A stretch of 63,448 nt of DNA, the filler included, from Saprolegnia diclina VS20 (taxonomy: Eukaryota): the NCBI RefSeq assembly GCF_000281045.1. It is 7 parts of 4 records of this genome, joined end to end, with 100 filler letters (N's around TTAATTAATTAA, not from the genome) between each part and the next. Parts side by side here need not be neighbours in the genome. Positions count along the whole stretch, not along the records: positions 1 to 23,689 come from NW_008246212.1; 6 more parts are not named here. One strand, 5' to 3'. The notes under the pieces are model-generated. The model saw nothing but the letters and a program-made list of their open reading frames with translations, did not search any database and had not been told where the DNA came from. Positions 11,718 through 23,231 of the stretch are shown here, in pieces (the first letter of the stretch is position 1; the number at the start of each line of letters is the position of its first letter). Both the position numbers and the translations under genes were made by a program.

Positions 11718-14465
11718 ATGGAAGGACAGCGGATCCGCAGCTTCTCGCTGGACGCCGACGAGCAGTCCCACGCGTACACGCCGTTCTTGCCTGTGAGCAC
11801 CGCGACCCCAAACCGTCTCGGCACATTCAACGTATGTACTATGACGCCCTCTCGACTAGTGACGTTGGGTAGGGTGTTTACGTGCCCTGCCTCCTCAACA
11901 TCATCGGCGTCATCTTGTTCCTGCGCCTCGGCTGGGCAATTGGCCAAGCGGGTGTACTCGGTATGCTTGGTATTTTTGTCATCGCTGAGGCGCAGGCTGT
12001 GCTCACCGTTCTTGCGGCGAGCGCGATTGCAAGCAACGGCAGCATGCGCGGTGGCGGCTCATACTATCTCATCAGGTTTTGTCGATCTAACTGGCAGGTG
12101 TGAAGGGACCTTACATGTATTTAGTCGATCGCTGGGGCCTGAATTTGGCGGCGCCATCGGGCTGCAATTCTACCTCTTGTATGCATCCGGCGTAGCCATG
12201 TATCTGGTCGGCCTCGCAGAAGAAGTACAACAAACGTGGCTTGTGCATGCTTCGTGGGAAAAGCATCACATCATCATTTCTGTCGCTGCCATTGCTCTGC
12301 TTTCGACAACTGCGATCGCTCTCCTCGGCGCGCATGCATTCGCCAAGGTTAATCAGTACCTCTTTGGCGTTCAGTTTGCCTGTATTGCCTATGGCGCGGT
12401 ACGATGCCTATATCGTTATCATCACTACTCACGATTGTGACGTGCTAGGTGGAGATTTGCCTCACAAAACCACATTCCTTGGCAAGCGGTGGGCGCGTCA
12501 CGGGTCCATCGATGAACACGATGCGGGACAATCTATATGCCAACTACACAAATGAGCGCAATGCTTGTGGGCTCGGTCAAACGTGCAACTTTGGCGCTGT
12601 CTTTGGTATTGTTCAAGCACAAAATCATGTCCCCATAACTAAAATGGCGACGCCACGTAGCTGTCGTCTTCCCGCTCGCCACTGGATTCATGGAAGGTCT
12701 CAACCTATCCGGTGACCTCAAACATCCAGGTACAGACAGACCTGTACATTTTACAGCTCAACCATAATGATCGTCGATGTAGGCAAAAGTATCCCTGTTG
12801 GCAGCTTGGCAGCAATTGGAACGGCGTGTGTCGTCTACGTCTCGCTCATTTTTCTCTTCGGGAGCTCGTTTCCTGGCGCGACGTTGCGGACAAACTATAC
12901 CTTTTTTCAAGAAGTGAGTGCCTCGCCGATTGTCGTCGTCACGGGGCTTCTCGTGTCATGCTACACGTCTGGGCTCGGTGCACTTTTTGGTGCCTCGCGT
13001 ATTCTCCAGGCAATCGCCCGGGACTCACTATTTCCTGGTTTTCCCATCTCCGCCGTGTCACATATAACGGAATGCACGTGCGTTAGGTATGCGCTGGCTC
13101 AAGCAAGGCTCGGCCGTCGGCGATGAGCCTCAAGCCGCAGTCCTCTGCACGACACTTCTCTCGTTTCTCTTTATTTTGATCGGCGACCTCGACGTGCTTG
13201 CTCCAATTTGCACGTCGTTTTTTTGCCTCGCGTACGCTGCAGTAAACTTTACGGCCTTTGCTTTGCAGATCTCTGGCGTTCCCAACTTCCGTCCGACATT
13301 TCGTGGCAGCGCGTGGCCGCTTTCCCTCGCGGGTGTCGCCTTGAACCTCGGAGTGATGGTCTATCTTAACGCGCTCTATGCGGCCGAAACGCTTCTCGTC
13401 CTGAGCGTCCTTTTTGGCTACCTCTACATTGTGTCGCCGTCGGTCGCCGTCGGCTGGGGCAGCCTCTCGCAAGCTCTCTTGTATCACCAGGTACGCAAGT
13501 ATTTGTTGCGGCTGGACAGCCGGAAAGACCACTGTAAGTACTGGCGCCCGTCGCTGCTCCATGTGCCCGCCAGTATGTCGGCGCACAGCGTCTTTTTTTG
13601 CAATTGGCTGAAGAAAGGCGGTCTCTATCTGGTCGGTGACATTGAATTTGGTGCTGTCACCATGTCTACCGTGGCGACAACCCGGAACAAGTACATGCAA
13701 TGGCTCGCGTACCTTGAGACGCACCACATCAAGGCAATTCCACGGGTACCTTGAACAAAATCGTTCACTTCTTATCGCTCTGGGAATAGGTGCTTGTCGC
13801 CCCGTCGTTGCGGGATGGATACCGCAGCCTTCTACAGCTTGGCGGTCTCGGCGGCATGGACGTCAACACACTTGTGTTGGACTGGACACTGGTACAAAAG
13901 CAGCACTCTGGCAAATTAATGAGCAACAGTGGCGTAGGGACCGGATCTCGCCGCAGTAATGTCAGATGCACTCGTCTTGCAGAAGAATGTGGTGGTCCTG
14001 CGCCATGGCGATCGACATTCGCTACTCAACGAAAAATCGCCGCGTGCCATGACGATCGACGTATGGCTCATGACGGACGATGCACTGCAGCACGTAACGC
14101 TTATGCTGCAACTGGCGCATGTGCTCAAGGCAGCCGCGCCGTGGAAGCGGGCGTCGATCCGCCTCCTGCGCGTCGGTGGTGATGACAGCCAACGGGCGCT
14201 TTTGGACCTTGCTGACGACTTGCGCATTGATGTCGGTCCCGAAAACGCGATCGTGCTGCCTCGCGGCCCCACGCAAGACTTACAGCACGTCATTCTTGCG
14301 CACTCGAGCAATGCGGGTCTTGTCTTGCTCGCGCTGCCCTCACAAGGGCTTGCGACGAGCATGGATGCAGTCCTCGGAACGATGGACGCTGTCACTGTCA
14401 ACCTGCCTCCTACGATGCTGGTTCACTGCGCCCAGGAAAATGGTGTCATAACGACGTGCATCTAG
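11718..14465 (+). CDS. Cation-chloride cotransporter family protein (SLC12, SLC12A9-like), about 9 exons
   Basis: [116 protein letters not shown]. Confidence 0.92.
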
Positions 14466-14559
14466 CCCAACATGCACGCAGAATCGAGTGTTAGTGAAAT
14501 ACGTACGTATGACTTTTCGCTTGTTATGTCAATGTAGCGGTCGACCTGTACGTGTGCAC

Positions 14560-14910
14560 CTACATCATATGCAAGGGCTCGTCCTTAGGCGCTGCCTCCA
14601 TGAAGACACGGGCGACAACACCCAGCATCGAGAAGCCGAATGCCATGCCAATGCCCCAGAGAAAGCTCTAGAATCGCAACATGTGACCCTGTCTACATGC
14701 GACGAACATCCTTACCGACTTGAGTTCTTGGCCCATCGTTGGTGGCTGGGGGATCTCTGTTGGCGTTTGTAAGTGCTCAGCAGGCGCAGACACCTCGGGT
14801 GCGACCTCGAGTGCGTCACGCTTCTCCGTCTTGCGTCGGGACGCGGACGCAGGTCGGCGTGCGGGCAGCGGTCGCCGGCCGACGCTCGAGCTTACCATTC
14901 GACGCAGCAT
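14560..14910 (-). CDS. Small putative mitochondrial single-pass membrane protein (2 exons)
   Basis: Arg/Ser-rich presequence-like MLRRMVSSSVGRR; intron GTAAGG..TTCTAG; then SFLWGIGMAFGFSMLGVVARVFMEAAPKDEPLHMM*. Confidence 0.6.
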
Positions 14911-14981
14911 GATTGATTCCCTGCCAACTCGACTCGTGGTTTGTTGTTTTTTATTTATCCGAACGTGTGGGTCAAAATCCA

Positions 14982-15139
14982 TACTATTAATAGTACTTTT
15001 TCAGCTTCGATTATAATATAATCGAAGCACGAAGCTCGAGCAGTTATAGAAAAATATTATTTTTCTATAACTTTTAAAATATGTTGGGTCTCATGTATTT
15101 TAAACGTTTTGGAAAACATTATCGAAGTATTAATACATG
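14982..15139. repeat. AT-rich cluster of perfect palindromes
   Basis: TACTATT/AATAGTA (14982-14995); GCTTCGATTATA-A-TATAATCGAAGC (15004-15028); AGTTATAGAAAAATA-T-TATTTTTCTATAACT (15042-15072); CATGTATT..AATACATG (15092-15139). Confidence 0.85.
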
Positions 15140-15398
15140 CTCTCCTCGGGAAAAAATTCAAAATTAATTGTGCACACAATCAATTTTGAAAAGTGAAGCG
15201 AAATTGTCAAATAACGTTAGGACGACGTAGCCCAGTGCGTCGTTGCTGTGCGCAGTGGCTGATTCTAAAAATCGTTCTCGATCACGAGATATGCAGTAAA
15301 AATGGATTTGACCCTGTCGCACGGGTACGCTGAAAATATACATACCATACAAAACCTTTAGTACGCAGTGGCGTGAAGCTAAAAACGCGCTGGCTTGC

Positions 15399-17732
15399 TT
15401 AATCGTCCCAATCGGAGTCGTCATCGTCGGCGTCATCATACTGGGTCACGTTGAGGCGGCTTGCCATAGCATTCGCGATGCTGTCATGGATGCTTGGCGC
15501 TGTTGCGAGTGGTGGGCGTGGAGCTACGGGAATTGGCGTTGGGAGAGCGGCAACGGGACGCGATGATGGGGCAGCGTTGTTTACTGTGGGCGCGGGTGGT
15601 TGGTTGCCGTCGACGGACTTGAGATGGGCGCCCATTCGAATGGCAGCAAGAAGATCTCCGCGTCCAGCACCACCAAATGGGCTTGGACGGGGTTGTGTAG
15701 GCGAGGGTGCAGTCGATAGAGCATTGGGTGCCGATGCAAGGATCTCGCGGTGCGATGGCCGACGCTGCGGCGGTTGTGCCACTGGCAGCTCCGATCGCTG
15801 CGAGGCTGGCCGCGTTATCTTGGTCGCGTTAAAAACAGGCTCTGTTTCAACGGACACAATGGACACTTCGTCGTCGTCGTCCGAGCTTGCATCATCAAAG
15901 AGGTTGCGGCTTGACACCTTCGTCGCGCGCGTTGGAGCTTGGAAACTCGCAGTGGTCGCCGTAACAGTTACGACACCGGCGAGAAGGCTTGACGCCCACT
16001 CGGGTGGGAACGCGAACGTTGAATGGAAGGCAGTGTGCTGCACGAGGCCGGGCACCGCCAGGAGGCCTTGGAGATACTGCGTTATCTCAACTGCGCGCTT
16101 CTGCATCAAATCCGGTTTCGTTGGGTTCCGAAGCACATGCTTGGACGGAAACTTGGGTAATGTAGCACTGTGCGCCTTGAGTGTTTGGTGCATGGCTTCA
16201 AGCTCATGGAATGCAAGCCCGAGACGCCGGCACCATGTATGAAGACGAAACTCAAACGTGTAGATGGCCATGGTCTTCCCACCACGCGTCTCAACGGCGC
16301 TCGCTACGTACCCCACCGACAGAACGGCAGGGACGTTCGATGGTGCATGCTCGATGGCACGTGCAGCGGACATTTCCTCGTTCTCTTCATCGTCGCCTAC
16401 AAAGGTCGCGATTCAAAACAATTGGCGTCCAATGTGCTGGGTCGTACCAGAGACAGATTTAGTACCAACCGTGGGTACGATTTTGTGGGCTTTGATCGAT
16501 TGGCGAGAGACAAGCGCGTCGGTATCATCGTCGTGATCGTCGTCATCGTCGCTGCTGTCGAAGAGACCCTTGCGCTCCGGGTGAAGCTTGTTGGACGAGA
16601 GCGCGCGTGTCAACAGCTCCTTCCCCTCGGCGCTGAGCTGCGACTGCCGTGACCGCGACGGCCGCTCGCTATCGACGCTGTACTTGCGGTTGCGTTTGAT
16701 GGCATCGAGGGCTGCTGCCATCGGATTCGTCGGCCGCGACACGAAGTCTGTGGACGCCGGCGTTTGCTTCGGTGGCGGTGGAGGTGGCGGAACGAACCCG
16801 CCGCGTAACTTTGTTGTGACGACAACGTTTTCTTCAGAAACACCAGAGACAGACGCATCGTCATCATTGACGACCGAGTCTTGCGACGAAACGGACCCCG
16901 TGGAAGCGTCCCGGAGGGGCTTCGGGTCTTTCGTGGACACGAAATCTACAAGGCAATGTGTGAGATGAACGAAATAGCTGCCAACTAATGTACACTGGCC
17001 CGGTGGGGGGAGGTCAAATCTGAACTTCGACTTGCGGGGTACCGCGTCTGGAAGAAGCGGTGGCACGGTGGCGTCGAGTGACTTGCCGCCTGCCATCATT
17101 TCGAGGCGCCGACGTTGCGCCTCCTTCCCGACGCGCCCTTGCGCGACCTTCTTGTTGAGTCGTTTCTTACGCTCTCGCAAGAGCTTCTCCGTCTCTTCGT
17201 CGAGCGTGCCAAGACCGTCCTTGCGCTGCAGCGGCGTCATCTCTTCGATTTCCCGCTCGCGGTCGAGGAGCTCTTGTTTCTTCTGCGCTACCCACTGTCG
17301 CTTTCGCGCTTCTTCGCGGTCCTTGATCTCTTGCTCCTTCTCGTGCTGCTTGCGGATCTCGCGCTTCACTTTGCGTCGCTCGCGCTTAATCTCGTTCGCC
17401 GCCTCGGAGGTTGGGTCAAGAACGGCGATTAGTGCCCGGCACCAGCGCTCGAGGTCCAGCCGGTTTTCGGCCGCAACGTACAGCGAGCGCTTATCCTTGA
17501 GCTGGAGCTCCAGGCCGTAGGAGTCCAGTGGCAACACCCCGAGACCTTCCCACTGGCAAAAGCCACGGACCGAGTACGTTGTGGCACCAGCACCATGGCT
17601 GGCGGTGGACTCGGGCGCAAACATACGCAGCTGGGAGGACCAGGAAAGCTGACAGAACTGCACCTGGAGCACACCGGCGGCAGGCGGCAGCCATTGTAGG
17701 TACCCCTCGTGCACAGGCTGCTTCTTATCCAT
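15399..17732 (-). CDS. PH + coiled-coil + polyproline + PX + WH2/central/acidic (WCA) protein; candidate Arp2/3 nucleation-promoting factor (intron 16397-16447 joins the 448-aa and 324-aa ORFs)
   Basis: PH: VHEGYLQW..LYVAAENRLDLERWCRALIAV. PX: YTFEF..FHELEAMHQTLK..LPKFPSKH..MQKRAVEITQYLQGLL. WH2: GRGDLLAAIRMGAHLKSV. Central: SIHDSIANAMASR. Acidic end: DDADDDDSDWDD*. The 51-nt GTACGA..TTGTAG intron gives in-frame KSVS-G-DDEENEEM. Confidence 0.8.
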
Positions 17733-18589
17733 CGTCGTCAGCGTAAGATGTGAAGGCAATTTCAGTCCGGATACGATGCGGAACTTACGTCAACACCGCA
17801 AATAGTGTTGCTTCTCGTTTGTTGTGATTTTGCGTCGAAAGCTCCGTGTTTTTTCCAATAGAGAGATTTTTCTAACAAGAATTCTACTTGCATTTCGACT
17901 TCCGTAAAAAAAGAGCCGGTTCGTGGAATGCTGGAAGTGGGTCGCGGTTTTTGTAAACGTGATATTTGACATGAGAGGTCATTGATGAGAGGTCGTACAT
18001 TTTTTAGTTATATTTAAAAGAAAAAGTGTGCATCCGATTTCGGGATCAAGGTCCGGATGCTGAATTGTTTGGTCTACATTTCAGGACTAGACCCCGCCGG
18101 AATGTCTCTTCCAAGTCTGATTTTAGAATTCTTGTTGTCAAAATCACTGTATTAGAGTGATTTTGCCGTGATGCGTGGATTGGATTGATAAAAATGCATC
18201 ATTTTGAGGGCGTTGAGCTGGGCGTTATGATTCCTCGTACAACTACAGAGGGCAATTTTTACGGGCGGCGATTTGGCAAAAACACACTTAAATAGTGTGC
18301 GGTCTCTAAATTATATTTTATTAGCCTGACCGTGGGGATTTGTAAATAGTGTTAGACCAAAACCAAAACTTTATGAGGAACGATGAACACTACATGTATG
18401 ATGCATCTCCAAAGGGGAGCTACATCGCTGCCAACTCCACGTGAGACTTACCTTCTATTGGGTACGGTGGCCGCAGTCAAGAGGCAAATTCCGTAAGGGA
18501 CTGGACGCTTACAAATGAGCATTTCTCGATGGACGTAAAAAGTAGGGAACGACAATGCGCAAGCCAAGCGAGTCGCGACGACCAAGGAG

Positions 18590-19045
18590 GAGGTGCGTCA
18601 AAGAAAGAACAGAAAACGCCCAAAAACAAACCGAGAACCACAAAAACAAACTGATCGTAAAAATAAGGCACACACGGACCCACACGCATTGCCAGAAAAT
18701 AAAACAATCCTAAAACAATCGAAGAGCGTAGACACCAAAGCCCACACCCGGGACCAGGGAACCAACCCCCAGTGACAAAGACCCAAAAGAACCCTGCGAT
18801 ACATCGAGCCCAAACCCGAATGACCAACGAAGACCACCCTAACGGCGCGTAAACCTGACGCAACACAAAAAAAACGCGAAAATGCCACAACAAAACCAAG
18901 CCACCTCGATACACACCCAGCACATAATAAAACGAGTACAAACCCCGAGAGAGACCCAAAAAAACCGAGCCGAGCGCCAGGGCGCCAAGCTACACCAAGG
19001 CGAGCACGACAACAGCGCACGAACGACAGCCAGAAGACACGAGCG
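18590..19045. other. Strongly A/C-skewed, T-depleted low-complexity tract
   Basis: Runs such as CCAAAAACAAACCGAGAACCACAAAAACAAA; abrupt compositional change against the flanks. Confidence 0.7.
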
Positions 19046-21154
19046 AGCAATTGACCCGTTGGTCATGAGCAAGATTATCCTTGAGACCCCAAAAGGGTAG
19101 TTCTCTCTGCTATGCTATGCATATTTCTTTCAGCACGAAGGCTTCGCGCGGCCCTTGCCTTTGGGAGAATGCTTGGCACGGCCTTTGACGTTCGGAGGAG
19201 GCATGGCGCGGCCCTTACCTCCGGATGCACGCTGCGTTGGTACTAAGCCCGAATCAAAATCAAGGTCCAGGTCTAAGTCGCGGTCCAAGTCAAGCTGGTG
19301 CTGCAGAGATGGGGACATCGCACGACCGTTCCTTCTTTGCGGACGAAAGAGATTGGGACCCGACGCCGGACACAGGTTATCCGCAAGCGGGGTTCGGCAG
19401 CCGGCGCTTCTCTTCGTTCTGCTGGCAAGAAACGCCCCACGACCACCTCGTTACCCGTTTCCAGGTGAAGCGAGGAATCTAGTTCATAACAGGGAGCAGC
19501 TCGGGGGAAACTATTGGCCACCTGTTGCATTCATGGATGAGCATACATAGTGCACACGTGCCTCACGAATAATGAAGCGTACTCCGATCGTGGTGAAAAT
19601 TTATGCGCTCACCAAGTTTGCTGTTCAAGAGATGCGATGGCATATCGATCCTAATTCACTGTGCCATCAGACATAGTACTCTATACTTGCGAAGACCCAA
19701 AGTAGAGAGCAAACATATACTTCCGAAAAACTCGTCGTCAAACTGTACGACAAAACTGGACCAATCACCGGCGACTCGAATCGTGTTTGCGTAGTGGACC
19801 GACTGTTATGGTGAGTGGCTCGCAGCTGGAACGCGTATTCTTTTCGCAAGCCGAGCTCAGACTGTGTAAAACACGAAGGCGCAGTTTTCCGGGGCCTGCA
19901 TTGACAGAATGCACATTGGTGTGAAGCAGCGAGGAGCTGTTGACTTCGTTGTCCTGGACTCGGAGGCGACGACAGACGCGAATCCTTGCGGTAGCCTGTT
20001 GCATCAGCAGTGCCTAGATTCAGGAGCAGCCGTGACAGGTCGGACGCTGGCAGCATGATAAGCGAGTCCGCATCATCGTCCCAATACTAACGTGGAGGCG
20101 GGGACTTTGCTGGACGAAGCGGAATTGCCTCACAGCTCGTTTGTTGTCAGCGACTCGAATACACGTCGTGCATACTGACACATCAAGCTCTCAGGCGTTC
20201 TCGAGTCCGTACTCAAGCTGGAGTTGCGCCTTCTTTGCGGCATACTCAAGTGTCGCAGGTGGTGGCAGTCAAACTACCTCCGGTGTGGTACAGAGCTGCT
20301 CAACGGCACAGTGTCGAATCGCGTTCGATCACCGAACTGTTCCTTTGGAGGCGAAGCATGCAGCCGAGGTGGATACTACTTCCGAGATGAAATCGCAGAA
20401 GATGCGAGGACACCAGCCCTACCAAAATCGAGCGCACTAAACCTTTGATGCGCTTCGCTAAGCTTGGTCGGCTGGCGTCGTTCATTTTCGGCTGCAGTTG
20501 CCTTGGCGCACTTTTCTTTCGTCTGCTGGCCCAAGCCACTGACTCTCCGCTTCACGAAGACGTTTCCTTCTCGTACAACGCTTGCGCCTCGCATTCTTGC
20601 ACTTTCGACGCAGCTCGTCGTTATTCGCTGCCAAGTTATATGGACATTTGGGCTCGGACAACAAATGCGAAAATACTAGATTTTTCGAGAACTAGTAGTA
20701 GCAAGAGGCCACTGCAATGCCAAGAAACCACGCCGGCGGATGTGCTGCACAGTGTGCTGCACACACATCACCACAGAGTATTTATTAACTATGTACGCGC
20801 ACTCGTTTTGCTCGTAGGTCAGCTCAGTGGCCAAAGTGGCTTGAACACCTGTCGACCCACGAAGGAGGGTTGCTCAGATATCTGACCGTTTATATAATAG
20901 GGGAGAGAGACACCGACCGAGCACATAGAACCAACGCCGCACGGAGCGTAGTAACAGGCGAGAGCAGCGGAGGACCGGGAAGTGACAGGACTTTGTGATA
21001 GCAGTTCTTTAAAGTAAAGAGATCAGTGTCCACTCCCCTCGAGGGCACTAAGAACGGACGAACAGACCTGAGGCAAATTGGACTAGGCGGCAAAGCATAA
21101 CTGACCCGAGCAAAGTGATCGCTTTCTTGTCGTATTGGCATCGAATTATATTTC

Positions 21155-21322
21155 TATATATATGAACGTGTTCCGCGTTATCTTCATTATGTCACAAAGA
21201 CTCCGCATACGTAGCGCTACGCCGGAATGCGTGGGAGTTGGCTCCAGCACTTGGTCGTTGGGAGTGAGCTACGTACGGAGAGATTCATCCCTTGTTGGAC
21301 CCCACTCGCCGAGTTATAGCTC
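21155..21322 (-). mobile_element. Candidate SINE-like element sharing its 3' tail with the RTE-like LINE remnants
   Basis: 21155-21218 (TATATATGAACGTGTTCCGCGTTATCTTCATTA..CAAAGACTCCGCATACGTAG) matches 1808-1866. The 5' part is unrelated and bounded by a GAGCTA/TAGCTC stem with weak A/B-box resemblance. Confidence 0.35.
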
Positions 21323-22561
21323 GCGCGAGGTCGTATTTCTGCTACGCTATCTCAATGTTTTGTGCAGGACACCATCCTGTTTATAGTATGGCGTCTTTTC
21401 TCGTAAAGTTCAGTTTTTTCTTGGATTGTTTGTTGCTCTATTATTAGGCTTTAAACATTCTGTCCAGTCTATGGATGTACCGCCGTACGGAGCTCGTCAC
21501 GAGTCACGGAGTTGCGTAGGCTAAATGCATTGGTCTAGGAAGTTTGATCATACACTGCGCAAAAAGCCGAACATAAATAGGTTTAGCTAAGCGAATATGT
21601 TTCGGCCTTTCTAGACTTAGAACCCGAAGCATTTGTGATTTTAACTGTGTTAACGAGATAGAGAATCGATAACTTGCTCAGAACTTTCCGACCACTCATT
21701 TGGTGTATACTTGTTTTCGTTCCGGAGAATCAACTTTTCCTGTATCTCGAATTGGACAAAATAGTTCCTGAGTACACCTTCTCAGAAGCTTGCTGTCGCG
21801 TATTAGCCCTATTAGCAAAGGAGGCGCTTGCTAAGCAATTTGAAACATGCTGTCATGGTGTAGTTACGACCGGCGGGTAGTTGAATTTCCGTGTCAGGCT
21901 AGCAAAGTGGGACCTACGTCTGCCCTGTAAGGCCAGACTGTGCCACAAGAAACGTGTTTTCAGATTTTTTGACTGACTTCAGATATTCTTGTTGTTTGTC
22001 GAAGGTTTTCTCTGATCTTCCGGCTACAAATCTATCCACACAATGCATAATGTTACATGCTATCAGTTCATAATATTACATGCTGTCAGTTTAAAGACAG
22101 CAACGATTTTATTGACATGCAACTAGATTCGTGTTCTACGCACGAAATTGGTTGCTTTGTTTATATGGTGCTCTCTCTTTTTGTGCGAGTCATTTCAGTA
22201 TATGACACCATACAGGTGAGCAACGCACAGCTCTGGCGAACCTTATATATATTTTATCATTCTAACCAATACGAGTGTGGCTTATCCTAGTTCAGAAATG
22301 TTTTCAGAATGCGTACTGGCACAGTTTTATCAGGTATGTATTCAACAGGTTCTGGGTAGACAGAACTAAAAATCCTCTCGAGTGGTTTTATGCGGACGTC
22401 CGCGTGGAGAGCAATAAAATTGGGCTGTCCGGTGGCACTTATATGGCAGGGTTTTGAAGGTATTGTTTGGAGGCAGCAATACTGCGGAGACACTGCGAAG
22501 CTGACTAATAAATGCACAGCGTTCAAGGTAAGGCAATTCACTGGGGTCTGCATTCCTTTCT

Positions 22562-23231
22562 NNNNNNNNNNNNNNNNNNNNNNNNNNNNNNNNNNNNNNN
22601 NNNNNNNNNNNNNNNNNNNNNNNNNNNNNNNNNNNNNNNNNNNNNNNNNNNNNNNNNNNNNNNNNNNNNNNNNNNNNNNNNNNNNNNNNNNNNNNNNNNN
22701 NNNNNNNNNNNNNNNNNNNNNNNNNNNNNNNNNNNNNNNNNNNNNNNNNNNNNNNNNNNNNNNNNNNNNNNNNNNNNNNNNNNNNNNNNNNNNNNNNNNN
22801 NNNNNNNNNNNNNNNNNNNNNNNNNNNNNNNNNNNNNNNNNNNNNNNNNNNNNNNNNNNNNNNNNNNNNNNNNNNNNNNNNNNNNNNNNNNNNNNNNNNN
22901 NNNNNNNNNNNNNNNNNNNNNNNNNNNNNNNNNNNNNNNNNNNNNNNNNNNNNNNNNNNNNNNNNNNNNNNNNNNNNNNNNNNNNNNNNNNNNNNNNNNN
23001 NNNNNNNNNNNNNNNNNNNNNNNNNNNNNNNNNNNNNNNNNNNNNNNNNNNNNNNNNNNNNNNNNNNNNNNNNNNNNNNNNNNNNNNNNNNNNNNNNNNN
23101 NNNNNNNNNNNNNNNNNNNNNNNNNNNNNNNNNNNNNNNNNNNNNNNNNNNNNNNNNNNNNNNNNNNNNNNNNNNNNNNNNNNNNNNNNNNNNNNNNNNN
23201 NNNNNNNNNNNNNNNNNNNNNNNNNNNNNNN
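22562..23231. other. Assembly gap (N run)
   Basis: Continuous Ns. Confidence 0.99.

Noticed and set aside
16946..16993. In-frame 48-nt possible intron (GTACAT..TTGTAG) in the NPF-like gene
   Set aside because: Plausible but frame-neutral; it cannot be decided from sequence and does not alter the domain architecture.
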